Numbered from the stretch's first letter, positions 53,015 through 62,347 are shown. The stretch is DNA of 64,000 nt from an uncultured Gammaproteobacteria bacterium (GCA_964512695.1 CAZEJU010000002.1:76233-140232), one strand, 5' to 3'. Notes: a model not told the origin generated them from the letters alone. Made by a program: numbers and translations.

Positions 53015-54858
53015 TGGCAACGACAATACAAATGAAAATTAAGGAAGAGCAGAATGTCTATCATGACAACATTCTTGATATTTGGGGTAATGACTTCAAT
53101 TTCAGTCATGAAAAGGGTTTGGCAGAATGGCTTAAGAATTCAGTAGACGCATACCGCAGAGTCGGGGCTGCCGACAAAGACCAATACATTATCTTCCGTT
53201 TCACTGACGGTACTCAGACGACACCTCCAGTTATTGAGTGCATTGATTTCGTGGGAATGGAATTGGTTGATATTGAGAAGGCTTTCAAATGGTGGGGTGA
53301 CCCTGATGCGGCAAAAAGAGGTCAAAAAATTAAGGTATTCGGCGGTCATGGAAACGGCGGAAAGTTCTATATGCGTCAGATGTTTCTGCAATCACATTTT
53401 GTGACATACAGGCAGGGAAAAATTAACGTCTTCGGATTCAATGAAAACAGGAAGTATGGTTTTGCAGAAGGATATAAGGACAAAAAAGTTACACTTGATG
53501 AAGCCCTGAAGATAGCCGGGATAGAAAGGTCAACTATTCCCAATGCGGTTTTGCGTCAACTTGAACACGGAGAGACTGGGTTTACTGTTGTCAAAGGAAT
53601 CAGACCGAAAAAAGTCGTCGGTAGGAGTCTTCCCGTATTCAGAATATGTGACAAGCTGAAGTATCATCCTCAGGCAAGAAGTCCTCTTAAGTTCAGTAAT
53701 GTATCCGTTATCCATAACGGCAAGATAATTGCGAACGGCCTGAGAATGGAAGATATCGAACCGCTTGAAGGTTTTGAAGGACCGTTCTTTTTTGAGATTC
53801 CCGACGAAATAGATTCCATAGCGGACGGAGAAACAGGAAAGAAAGTGAATATGTATGACAAGAGGTATGGGAAAGGCAGTCTGGTATTAAAAACTTCATC
53901 TCTTCCTTTCGGTCGCGGAGGTAGAAAACCTGAGCTGAATTGTATTGATATTGTCGGTGAAATCGGTGTTATTGCTTCATATAACATGCAACAGATAGGC
54001 TTTCTCCGATACTTCCCTCAGGCTCAATATATATATGGAGAGTGCTCATGTCCCATTCTTGAAGACCCGGAATATGATTGTGTTCAGAATGACAGAGAAA
54101 GACTTGTCGATAATGAAAAAACAGCAGCTCTCCTTCAATGGATTGCAAGAAGAATAGATGAAGTGGCAGGCAAGATTGCCGATAATGAAGCGAAGGCGGA
54201 AGAAGCTGAGAATATAAGAGCTACAGACGAGTTTAATCAGATTCTCAATAAGTGGAAGAATCAGTTTATGTCGAAGCTGTTTGCTGAGGTCTTGGGCGGT
54301 ACGGGAAAAGGAGATTCTACCGGTGGTCAGGGTGACGAAGGCTCAGGTGGCGGCACGAAGAAAGAATCAAAAGACAAGGACGGATTAGGCTCAGGAGCCG
54401 GTAAGGGTGGCGGAGAAGGAGATGAGAAGAAGAAAGGTTCAAGAGCACCCCTTGTACTTTTGTCCGGACAGGAAGACCCGGAATTTCCCGGTATGCCTGT
54501 AACTTTTTCTGACAGACATTTCGCTGTGGAACAAAGACAGCAGGATGTAGACAGAGGAATATATTGGATTAATCTTGAAAAGCCGATGGCGAAGAAGATA
54601 ATCGATAAGTACGGAGTTGACTCTCCGAGGTGGAGAAACTATTTATTCCAGAGATATGTTGACATATTTACAAAGGAAACATTGTATCGTCTGGCAAAGA
54701 AGGAAGGAGGCTCTCTTACGCCCGAACAGGCTGACTACGAAATAATGCGTGTGTCATCTCTTGTATATGATAAGGCCACAATCGACCTTGAAGATTTTCT
54801 TCTGAGCGAGAGATACAATTCAGGCAAGAATAATGAAAATGAATCCGAACAATCATGA
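53014..54858 (+). CDS. GHKL/MORC-like ATPase with a Gly/Lys/Asp-rich linker
   Basis: Bergerat N-box 'AEWLKNSVDA' (ExxxNxxDA) and G2-like 'FGGHGNGGKFY'. Low-complexity stretch 'GGTGKGDSTGGQGDEGSGGGTKKESKDKDGLGSGAGKGGGEGD'. Confidence 0.55.
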   Translation: MATTIQMKIKEEQNVYHDNILDIWGNDFNFSHEKGLAEWLKNSVDAYRRVGAADKDQYIIFRFTDGTQTTPPVIECIDFVGMELVDIEKAFKWWGDPDAAKRGQKIKVFGGHGNGGKFYMRQMFLQSHFVTYRQGKINVFGFNENRKYGFAEGYKDKKVTLDEALKIAGIERSTIPNAVLRQLEHGETGFTVVKGIRPKKVVGRSLPVFRICDKLKYHPQARSPLKFSNVSVIHNGKIIANGLRMEDIEPLEGFEGPFFFEIPDEIDSIADGETGKKVNMYDKRYGKGSLVLKTSSLPFGRGGRKPELNCIDIVGEIGVIASYNMQQIGFLRYFPQAQYIYGECSCPILEDPEYDCVQNDRERLVDNEKTAALLQWIARRIDEVAGKIADNEAKAEEAENIRATDEFNQILNKWKNQFMSKLFAEVLGGTGKGDSTGGQGDEGSGGGTKKESKDKDGLGSGAGKGGGEGDEKKKGSRAPLVLLSGQEDPEFPGMPVTFSDRHFAVEQRQQDVDRGIYWINLEKPMAKKIIDKYGVDSPRWRNYLFQRYVDIFTKETLYRLAKKEGGSLTPEQADYEIMRVSSLVYDKATIDLEDFLLSERYNSGKNNENESEQS

Positions 54859-56266
54859 CAATTCCATCCTGCCCGCACAGTTATCACTGCATAACACAAC
54901 TTCGAATACCGGAGCTGTTAATTATTTGTCAGAGAATGAAATATCCCTCCCTCCTTCTCTGAGTAATGACGACTCCATTGAAGTATTGGGTCTACCAATA
55001 AGACTGGAAAACGCTCTCAAAAATTCAGGAAATATCACGACAGTCGGACAGTTAGTTAATACCGCTGACGAAAAGTTGCTGAAGTTGAGGAATCTCGGTC
55101 ATAAGTCCGTCAACTATCTTATGCAGGTGAAATTGAAGATAGATGAAAAGTTCAGTACTCTCCAAAACAGAACACCCACAGAAATAACTGAGCAAAAACA
55201 AGAGGAAAAAATTATTCCTGTCAATCAACTCCTCAATTTGTTGCTCGATAGATGCGGTAGTGAAAGAGTCAAAGAAATAGTCAAAAGACGATACGGCCTT
55301 ATGGACGGAGAAAGACAAACTCTCGAAGAAATCGGTGAGCATTACGGAGTAACTAGAGAAAGAATCAGACAGATTCAAGTTAAGGCATTGAAGAGCATGC
55401 GACATCCGATTACTACAGCCAGGAAACCGATTACGGATATTATGGAAACCATTCTGTTTCGGAATGGCGGAATAATTTCTGCTGAAGAAGCGGACACCAT
55501 AATTCCGGAAGCTTTCAGTGATACGGGTAACGACGGGAGTTCTGTGCTTGATTTACTTTGTGAATTGGGCTGGATTCAGAGCTGCAGAATCGGAGATATA
55601 GCAATATATTCACCGAAATTTGACGGTGTTTCTCTGTGCAAGTTGTCGGAAAAAATCACATTTCTGATTAAGAAACAGGATTTAGGGATTGACATTCCTT
55701 CAATATTCAAAGGTGTCAGTATGTTCAGAAGAATCAGAGACCAACGTTTCAATCCTCAGGACTTCGTTCTCAGATATTGCAGAATCGACCCTCGGATTGA
55801 AGAAATCGGACTTACATCAGCACAACCCGAAGTTTTTTTCAGGTACTATACAGTCGGTCATTTCGCTAAGAAGGGTTGGGTGGTTCTTATGACCAGAGTG
55901 TTGGAACAGGAACAAATGCCGTTACATTTCACTGAAATTGCAGATAAGGTAAATGACCTTCTGGGTAATTCTGAGAGGAGACTGGATGTAAGAAGAGCAC
56001 ATTCGATATTGATTGACGATGAAGCATTCGCTCACAGTGGTATTAACGGGACGTACGGTCTTACATCGTGGGGTTTGAGAAAAGATTCAACTGTCGAACT
56101 GGCAGAAGAGTGTCTGAGAAAAGCGGGGTTCCCGTTACATTGGAAGCAAATATTCAATTATGTGAGCAGGTATAAGAATACAAAACCGGGAAACATTACC
56201 AGTATTCTTGAAAATCATCGCAGATTCAAAAGAGTTGAATCAGGAATTTATTGGCTTAATGACTAG
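54833..56266 (+). CDS. Multi-HTH protein made of RNA-polymerase-subunit-like modules: alpha-CTD-like, sigma70 region-4-like, and two HARE-HTH-like domains
   Basis: 'IRLENALKNSGNITTVGQLVNTADEKLLKLRNLGHKSVNYL' resembles the RpoA CTD. '[41 protein letters not shown]' resembles sigma r4.2. 'PLHFTEIADKV...GTYGLTSW' and 'PLHWKQIFNYV...GIYWL' resemble HARE-HTH. It overlaps the upstream gene by 26 nt. Confidence 0.6.
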   Translation: MKMNPNNHDNSILPAQLSLHNTTSNTGAVNYLSENEISLPPSLSNDDSIEVLGLPIRLENALKNSGNITTVGQLVNTADEKLLKLRNLGHKSVNYLMQVKLKIDEKFSTLQNRTPTEITEQKQEEKIIPVNQLLNLLLDRCGSERVKEIVKRRYGLMDGERQTLEEIGEHYGVTRERIRQIQVKALKSMRHPITTARKPITDIMETILFRNGGIISAEEADTIIPEAFSDTGNDGSSVLDLLCELGWIQSCRIGDIAIYSPKFDGVSLCKLSEKITFLIKKQDLGIDIPSIFKGVSMFRRIRDQRFNPQDFVLRYCRIDPRIEEIGLTSAQPEVFFRYYTVGHFAKKGWVVLMTRVLEQEQMPLHFTEIADKVNDLLGNSERRLDVRRAHSILIDDEAFAHSGINGTYGLTSWGLRKDSTVELAEECLRKAGFPLHWKQIFNYVSRYKNTKPGNITSILENHRRFKRVESGIYWLND

Positions 56267-56274
56267 TGATATAT

Positions 56275-58680
56275 ATGGACATACAGAAAATTAAAATTAA
56301 GAGCGATTATAAATTAGCGGATATCGTTCATGATATTGAAAAAGGAATCTTGAGGATTCCTCAATTCCAGAGAGAGTTTGTGTGGGATAAGCCCCGGGTC
56401 ATCAAACTTCTGGAAAGTATCTATCTTGAATACCCGATTGGGTCTTTTTTCTTCTGGGACGCTCCGCGAAAGTATTACGACTTCTATCGTGATATCGCTG
56501 AGTTGGGTCTTCCCAAGCCCGATAGGTACGAAAAAATTGTTTTCATTCTCGACGGTCAACAGAGGCTTACTTCCCTCTATGTTACGGTCAAAGGGTTGAC
56601 GCTCTACAGTAGGGATTACAAAAAGATTTGTTTTGACCTGGATGAAAAAATATTTGTTGACAGAATACCTGACAATCAGAGATTCGTTTCTGTTTCAGAT
56701 TTACTATCGAATGACCGATTTGATGTCTATGAACGACTTACGGTTGAGCGAAAGAAATCATTCAACGAATGCTATCAGCGATTCAATAATTATCCTTTCT
56801 CAGCGATTGATGTCCGGGACAAGGAACTTGATGAGGTCTGTGACATCTTTGAGCGTATCAACCAGGGAGGACAGAGACTCAATTTGTTTGACCTCATTTC
56901 AGCAAGCACTTGGACTCCCGAGTTTGACTTAAGGTTTGCGGTCAAGAAAGAGAATGACAATCTGAAGACAAAGGGCTTCGGAGATATTGATAATGAAGTC
57001 TTTCTTCAAACACTTTCCCTTATCGCCAAGGGTTCATGTACGAGACCTGTCCAATTACAATTAAGGGCCGAAGACGTTAATAAGTTCTGGCAGGAGACAG
57101 TCAATTCAATGTCTCTGGCAATTGATTATCTGAAGAACAACTTAGGGGTGGTCAATTCGGTGTTCATTCCGTACAGAAGTATGATAGCTGTTGTTGCTTA
57201 CCTGTTCTCTGTCAACAAAGGCAGGAGTCTGAATCACGAGCAGTCAGAGCTATTGTCCCAATGGTTCTGGCAGACTACGTTTTCAGAGCGGTACGGAGCT
57301 TCAATTCTGACGTTAATGACCGAAGACAAAAAATTAATGGACAAAATAGCTTCAGGAACTGATATCAGCGTTAAGTATCCGTTTTCGTTGGATATTGATT
57401 CACTTATTCAGGTGAGAATGTATCGAAAGTCGGCTGTTAAAAACGGCATTCTGTGCCTGTTGGCTAAGAGAAACCCCAGACATTTCAAAAACAATGTCCC
57501 TCTTCTGCTCAAAGACGGATATTATTCAGATTTCAACAATTCAGAGAAACATCATATTTTTCCTAAGGCGATTGTTCAGAAGAAGTTCCCTATGGTCATG
57601 GTACATTCACTCCCAAACTTCTGTTTCATTCCTGCGGAACTTAATAAGGAGATATCAGACAAACAGCCGAGCAAGTATTTTGAAGAGTATTTGAGTATAA
57701 ACCCCGACTTTGAAGATACTCTCAGAACCCACCTGATTAAGTACGATGATTCAATCAGACAGAACGATTTCATGTCTTTTCTGGCTTCAAGAGCGGCGAT
57801 GATTCTTGAGGAAATAACGAGAGCTACCGGTTCAAAAATCAGTCGGGTAGTAGCAGATAACGTTAACAAGGCGATAGATGATACTGAGAAGAAACTGCGT
57901 GACTTCATAGATAAGCAATTATCCTTAAATAATACTGATTATTGGAAAACATCAGTACCGAGCGATGTTGTCGGAATAATGCGTCAGAGAGTCAATCAAT
58001 ATCTGTCCAAAGACCCTTCAAAGATAATCAGCGATTTCAGTTCAAGGGACTTACTCGACTTCTGTGACATTATGGATTATTCAAAAATGGTCATCTCAAA
58101 CTGGAACATATTTTCAACTTTTTTCAGGTCGAAGATTGAAACTGAGAAAAGATTTTTGAATCTGAAAGAGTTCAGAAACGCAGTCAAACATACAAGAGGA
58201 GAGATTGTTCCTTTCATTCAGAAAGAAGGAGAAGCGGCTCTGGAATGGCTATCAATCATTCTTGGTGAAGTCAGAAAAAAGGGAGAGGAAAGAGCTTCAG
58301 TTACAGAGACCGACGAACAAACCATTAACAGGGTTGAATCGGAGTTTGTCAAACATATGGTCAAAGGAATACCTCAATGGATTGAAAACGATTACCCTGA
58401 AGGAACCAGTTCAATAGTGAAGTTGGTGGGCGGTACGGGTTCTGACCATTACATAAAAACAAACAGCAGAACAGCTATCTGGTATTATTTCGCTAAACAA
58501 TGGGTGTTCATGGAGTTGAAGGATGCGACTGTTGAAGAAGCTAAATTGTTGAGGGAAAGGATTTCAAAGCCCGAGTCAATATTAGAAAAGCAAAACGGTG
58601 CCGTCAGATTTCATCTGATGAATGATAATGATTTGAAGGTGGTAACGGACATTATAAGAATCAGAGCTAATAACGGTTGA
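56275..58680 (+). CDS. GmrSD-family-like nuclease: DUF262 (ParB-like) plus DUF1524 (His-Me finger) plus a C-terminal extension with a HEPN-like RNxxxH motif
   Basis: 'IPQFQREFVWD' and 'LDGQQRLTSLYV' are DUF262 motifs. 'SEKHHIFPKAIV' is DUF1524. 'EFRNAVKHTRGE' is an Rx4H motif. ATG at 56275; the track start 56266 is a GTG. Confidence 0.65.
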   Translation: MDIQKIKIKSDYKLADIVHDIEKGILRIPQFQREFVWDKPRVIKLLESIYLEYPIGSFFFWDAPRKYYDFYRDIAELGLPKPDRYEKIVFILDGQQRLTSLYVTVKGLTLYSRDYKKICFDLDEKIFVDRIPDNQRFVSVSDLLSNDRFDVYERLTVERKKSFNECYQRFNNYPFSAIDVRDKELDEVCDIFERINQGGQRLNLFDLISASTWTPEFDLRFAVKKENDNLKTKGFGDIDNEVFLQTLSLIAKGSCTRPVQLQLRAEDVNKFWQETVNSMSLAIDYLKNNLGVVNSVFIPYRSMIAVVAYLFSVNKGRSLNHEQSELLSQWFWQTTFSERYGASILTLMTEDKKLMDKIASGTDISVKYPFSLDIDSLIQVRMYRKSAVKNGILCLLAKRNPRHFKNNVPLLLKDGYYSDFNNSEKHHIFPKAIVQKKFPMVMVHSLPNFCFIPAELNKEISDKQPSKYFEEYLSINPDFEDTLRTHLIKYDDSIRQNDFMSFLASRAAMILEEITRATGSKISRVVADNVNKAIDDTEKKLRDFIDKQLSLNNTDYWKTSVPSDVVGIMRQRVNQYLSKDPSKIISDFSSRDLLDFCDIMDYSKMVISNWNIFSTFFRSKIETEKRFLNLKEFRNAVKHTRGEIVPFIQKEGEAALEWLSIILGEVRKKGEERASVTETDEQTINRVESEFVKHMVKGIPQWIENDYPEGTSSIVKLVGGTGSDHYIKTNSRTAIWYYFAKQWVFMELKDATVEEAKLLRERISKPESILEKQNGAVRFHLMNDNDLKVVTDIIRIRANNG

Positions 58681-58882
58681 AATTACATAAGGTCAAGAGT
58701 GGAGTGTTTTTTAACTGATAGAAGGATATCTCCTGCAAAAATAACAATTAAGACGAGAACAATAAATATACTCAATTTCTTCATATTTACACTGCTATTA
58801 TATTCCTTTTTTATTCGTGTTTACTCGAGAATTCATTGTGTGAAATTGAAAATATTGGTACATTATTATAAGTAATATACTT

Positions 58883-59842
58883 ATGAGTCTTATAACGAAT
58901 ATTTTACTGTACTTAATATCATTTGCAGCAATTTGGTGGGGTGCAGGTCTGATTATTCAATCAGTCGACAAGATTGCCCACAGACTAAAACTTTCTTCTT
59001 TTGCCATTTCATTTTTTGTATTGGGACTACTTACATCTATTCCGGAAACAGCAGTCAGTATCCAAGCTGTATCAGAGCATAATCCTGAAATCTTTGTCGG
59101 TACTTTGTTGGGAGGAGTGTTAGTTATTTTCTGCTTTGTAATTCCTATTTTAGCCATTTTAGGCAAGGGAATTAAAATAAATCATGATTTAGACAAGAAA
59201 ACGTTACTTCTGGCCTTGGCTGTTATGGCAACACCAAGTTTCTTAGTCATAGACCATAGAGTAACTAATCTTGAGGGATTGATAATGCTGGTCGTTTACT
59301 CCGTTCTATTTTATGTAATCCAGAAGAGGCACGGGATATTTGACAGCGAAAAAGCGGAGGTTTTACAGATTAAGGCATATTCATTTCTGGATTTACTGAA
59401 AGTCATCCTTGGTATTGCTGTAGTCTTCGTATCAAGTAGTTATATTGTTGACCAGACAATCATCTTTTCTCAGATATTAAATATTTCGACCTTTTACATA
59501 AGTATTCTGGCACTAAGTTTAGGAACAAATTTGCCTGAGTTATCTCTTGCCGTTAGGGCAATATTGGCAGGCAAGAAAGATATTGCCTTTGGTGACTATC
59601 TGGGTTCAGCTTCAGCAAACACCTTACTTTTTGGCTTTTTTACACTGATTTACGATGGTGAAGTCTTAACAACCAACAGTTTTCTAATAACATTCGGATT
59701 TATAGTGTTTGGATTAGCATTATTTTATTATTTCTCTCAATCTAAAAAGGATATTTCGATTAAGGAGGGTATCGGGCTTCTAGTAGTCTATGTCTTATTC
59801 GTGCTTTATGAACTTAGCAAAGCAACAACATTCCTGAAATAA
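58883..59842 (+). CDS. CaCA-family cation/Ca2+ exchanger membrane protein
   Basis: Two alpha-repeats: 'GLLTSIPETAVSI' and 'LGTNLPELSLAVRA'. Confidence 0.6.
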   Translation: MSLITNILLYLISFAAIWWGAGLIIQSVDKIAHRLKLSSFAISFFVLGLLTSIPETAVSIQAVSEHNPEIFVGTLLGGVLVIFCFVIPILAILGKGIKINHDLDKKTLLLALAVMATPSFLVIDHRVTNLEGLIMLVVYSVLFYVIQKRHGIFDSEKAEVLQIKAYSFLDLLKVILGIAVVFVSSSYIVDQTIIFSQILNISTFYISILALSLGTNLPELSLAVRAILAGKKDIAFGDYLGSASANTLLFGFFTLIYDGEVLTTNSFLITFGFIVFGLALFYYFSQSKKDISIKEGIGLLVVYVLFVLYELSKATTFLK

Positions 59843-60216
59843 GAATCGAAAGATAGTTTCGGGTCTAAGTATGCTTTCTTCCTCTAATCCATTCATTAAA
59901 ACTTAACTCTGATAATAGGTAGAATCTATAATAAAATCCGGCAGCCATTCTGTCTTTCAACTTTGTTTTCTTCACGAACTTCTCGAATGATATCTTCTTA
60001 AGCTGAGACATAAGATAAGTGTACCTTAGGGAGGTTTCCTACAGTACCGATTTCTGTTATTATGTCGATAAGTTTCTTGATGGAATCTTGTATATTAAGG
60101 TGTGAGGGACGGAGCATGATCTTCTTAACTTTAATATTCTAACAAACCGAGTTGGTTAGAGCCTCATGTTGATCCGTGTCACATCATTTTTACTACGAAA
60201 GGTCTATAAATACATT

Positions 60217-60450
60217 ATGAAAATTAATGCAGCATGGCATAGTAAAAACAAAATGAAAATGCCAACCACACTTGCAGATCGAGTTAAATGGCATGAAGAG
60301 CATTTAAAACATTGTCAATGTCGTAAAGATGTACCACCAACTATCTTGGTTGAATTTAGAAAGCAGGGGAAAAATGTTTGTAGCAGAGGGCATTTTTATG
60401 AAGGTAGTGGTCCATGTCCTATTTGCTGGCCAGGATCATTAAAAAAATAA
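60217..60450 (+). CDS. Small Cys/His-rich hypothetical protein
   Basis: 'WHEEHLKHCQCRKD...CSRGHFYEGSGPCPICW'. Confidence 0.3.
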   Translation: MKINAAWHSKNKMKMPTTLADRVKWHEEHLKHCQCRKDVPPTILVEFRKQGKNVCSRGHFYEGSGPCPICWPGSLKK

Positions 60451-60505
60451 CTTTTTATAAAGTAACTTTTCATGGACAGTTCGAACCTCTCATATACTCA
60501 ATCTT

Positions 60506-60847
60506 ATGCATAAAGTCTTTGTACTGCGCGTTATTCATGGTTTGTTTGCCCTTTATTTTCTTTTTTGTCTTGCATATTTATACTATGCCGCATTATTTTC
60601 CGTAATTAACAATTTTTTGCTGATTGCGGTTTTAAGTTTAGCTGTCGAAGGGTTTATCGTATTTGTTCTGAATAAAGGAGATTGCCCGCTTATTCATATC
60701 CAGAGAAAAATTGGGGATAACACGCCGTTTTTTAATCTTTTCTTTCCTGCAAAAATTGCTAACAAAGTAATTCCAATATTGGTTAAGGTAACCTGGATAG
60801 GGATAGTATTGTTAGCAATCCGCTTTGTGATTACCTACATATTTTGA
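60506..60847 (+). CDS. Small polytopic membrane protein
   Basis: Three or four hydrophobic helices. Confidence 0.3.
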   Translation: MHKVFVLRVIHGLFALYFLFCLAYLYYAALFSVINNFLLIAVLSLAVEGFIVFVLNKGDCPLIHIQRKIGDNTPFFNLFFPAKIANKVIPILVKVTWIGIVLLAIRFVITYIF

Positions 60848-61200
60848 TTTATAAAATAAGTTCCAGCTTTCTATTAGGCAGAGTATTTTGCTTTTTTATA
60901 AGGCGACTTGTATATTTGTGTTATAGAGTAATGGAAATAATAATTTCCGATAAGATATATATTTCTTCATCCCATATACCAAAAGCTGGTAGAGGTGTAT
61001 TTTTGCACGGGTGGCAATAAAAAAAGGAGAAATTAGAGAATTGTGCCCAGTTTTTTGTCCTTCCTACATCAGACTACCCACTAATTAAGAAAACCATACT
61101 GAGAAACTACTCCTTGAGCCAGATGTAGTAAGTATCCTCGAGTCAATATTCTTACAGAATTAATGCAATAAAGTTTTTAGAATGTGTTAGAATAAAAAAA

Positions 61201-61701
61201 ATGAGTAGATTAATTACATGTATATGGTTTGCAAATAATAACGGAGAAGAAGCAGTAAAATACTACATAGATACTTTCAATGCAGCTCCTGGAGAACATT
61301 CCGCAATACTCGGGGATATCACAAAAGCACCAAAGGCATCACAAGAAGTTTCAGGTATGCCTGCTGGCTCCGTCATGACAGCTGAATGCGAGCTTGATGG
61401 AACAAGCTTTATGTTTCTTAATGGTGGTGCGATGGAACAATTCAAACTTAATGGGTCTACCTCTTTTATAATTGAGTGCGAAACACAAGAAGAAATTGAT
61501 TTCTTCTGGGAAAAACTCTCAGCAGTTCCTGAAGCTGAACAGTGCGGATGGTGTACAGACAAATTCGGTATAACATGGCAAGTAGTCCCACGTATTTTAG
61601 ATGAAATGATGAGAGATCCTGAAAAAGCAGAGGCGGTAACTGCTGCTTTTATGCCCATGAAGAAACTTGACCTCGAAACAATCCGAAAAGCTGGCGAATA
61701 G
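61201..61701 (+). CDS. PhnB-like / 3-demethylubiquinone-9 3-methyltransferase-domain (VOC superfamily) protein
   Basis: 'ITCIWFANNNGEEAVKYY' and 'GWCTDKFGITWQVVP'. Confidence 0.55.
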   Translation: MSRLITCIWFANNNGEEAVKYYIDTFNAAPGEHSAILGDITKAPKASQEVSGMPAGSVMTAECELDGTSFMFLNGGAMEQFKLNGSTSFIIECETQEEIDFFWEKLSAVPEAEQCGWCTDKFGITWQVVPRILDEMMRDPEKAEAVTAAFMPMKKLDLETIRKAGE

Positions 61702-61750
61702 AATCTGATTCCCTAACTGAAACGATATTTTATACTCACCTTGTACATAT

Positions 61751-62347
61751 ATGAGAAAAATAATTGTTCTCGAATTCATTACTCTGGATGGCGTTATGCA
61801 AGCTCCTGGTGGGCCAGAAGAAGATACTTCAGGAGGTTTTACTTTTGGTGGATGGACTGTCCCTTATTTTGATGATTATACTGGACATGTCATGGCTGAT
61901 CAAATGAAAGAACCTTACAGTCTCCTACTGGGTAGAAAAACATTCGAAATTTTTTCTTCGTATTGGCCACAGCATGCAGATGGCTGGCCAGGAGTGAACG
62001 AATCCACAAAATATGTCGTTTCGAGTACTCTTTCATCATCTGATTGGCACAATTCAGTTTTTCTAAAAGGAGATGCAGTTGAAGAAATTAAGAAGTTAAA
62101 AGCAGGGGAAGGTCCTGATTTAAAAGTGTGGGGTAGTGGGGATTTGGTACAGACACTTCTTAAAAATGATTTGGTGGATGAGCTGAAGCTGAAGATTTTC
62201 CCTATAACGCTCGGCAAAGGAAAACGTTTATTCGGAGACGGAACAATTCCGAGCGCATTTACATTAACAGAATCGGAAACTTCTCCCAGTGGAGTAATAA
62301 TCGTAAACTACAAACGATCCGGAGAAGTTAAAACTGGCTCGTTTTAG
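61751..62347 (+). CDS. RibD C-terminal / dihydrofolate-reductase-like protein
   Basis: '[21 protein letters not shown]', '[11 protein letters not shown]' and '[13 protein letters not shown]'. Confidence 0.6.
   Translation: MRKIIVLEFITLDGVMQAPGGPEEDTSGGFTFGGWTVPYFDDYTGHVMADQMKEPYSLLLGRKTFEIFSSYWPQHADGWPGVNESTKYVVSSTLSSSDWHNSVFLKGDAVEEIKKLKAGEGPDLKVWGSGDLVQTLLKNDLVDELKLKIFPITLGKGKRLFGDGTIPSAFTLTESETSPSGVIIVNYKRSGEVKTGSF

Noticed and set aside
59843-60165. Possible 39-aa minus-strand ORF in the intergenic gap after the CaCA gene
   Set aside because: It is too short and lacks any supporting signal.
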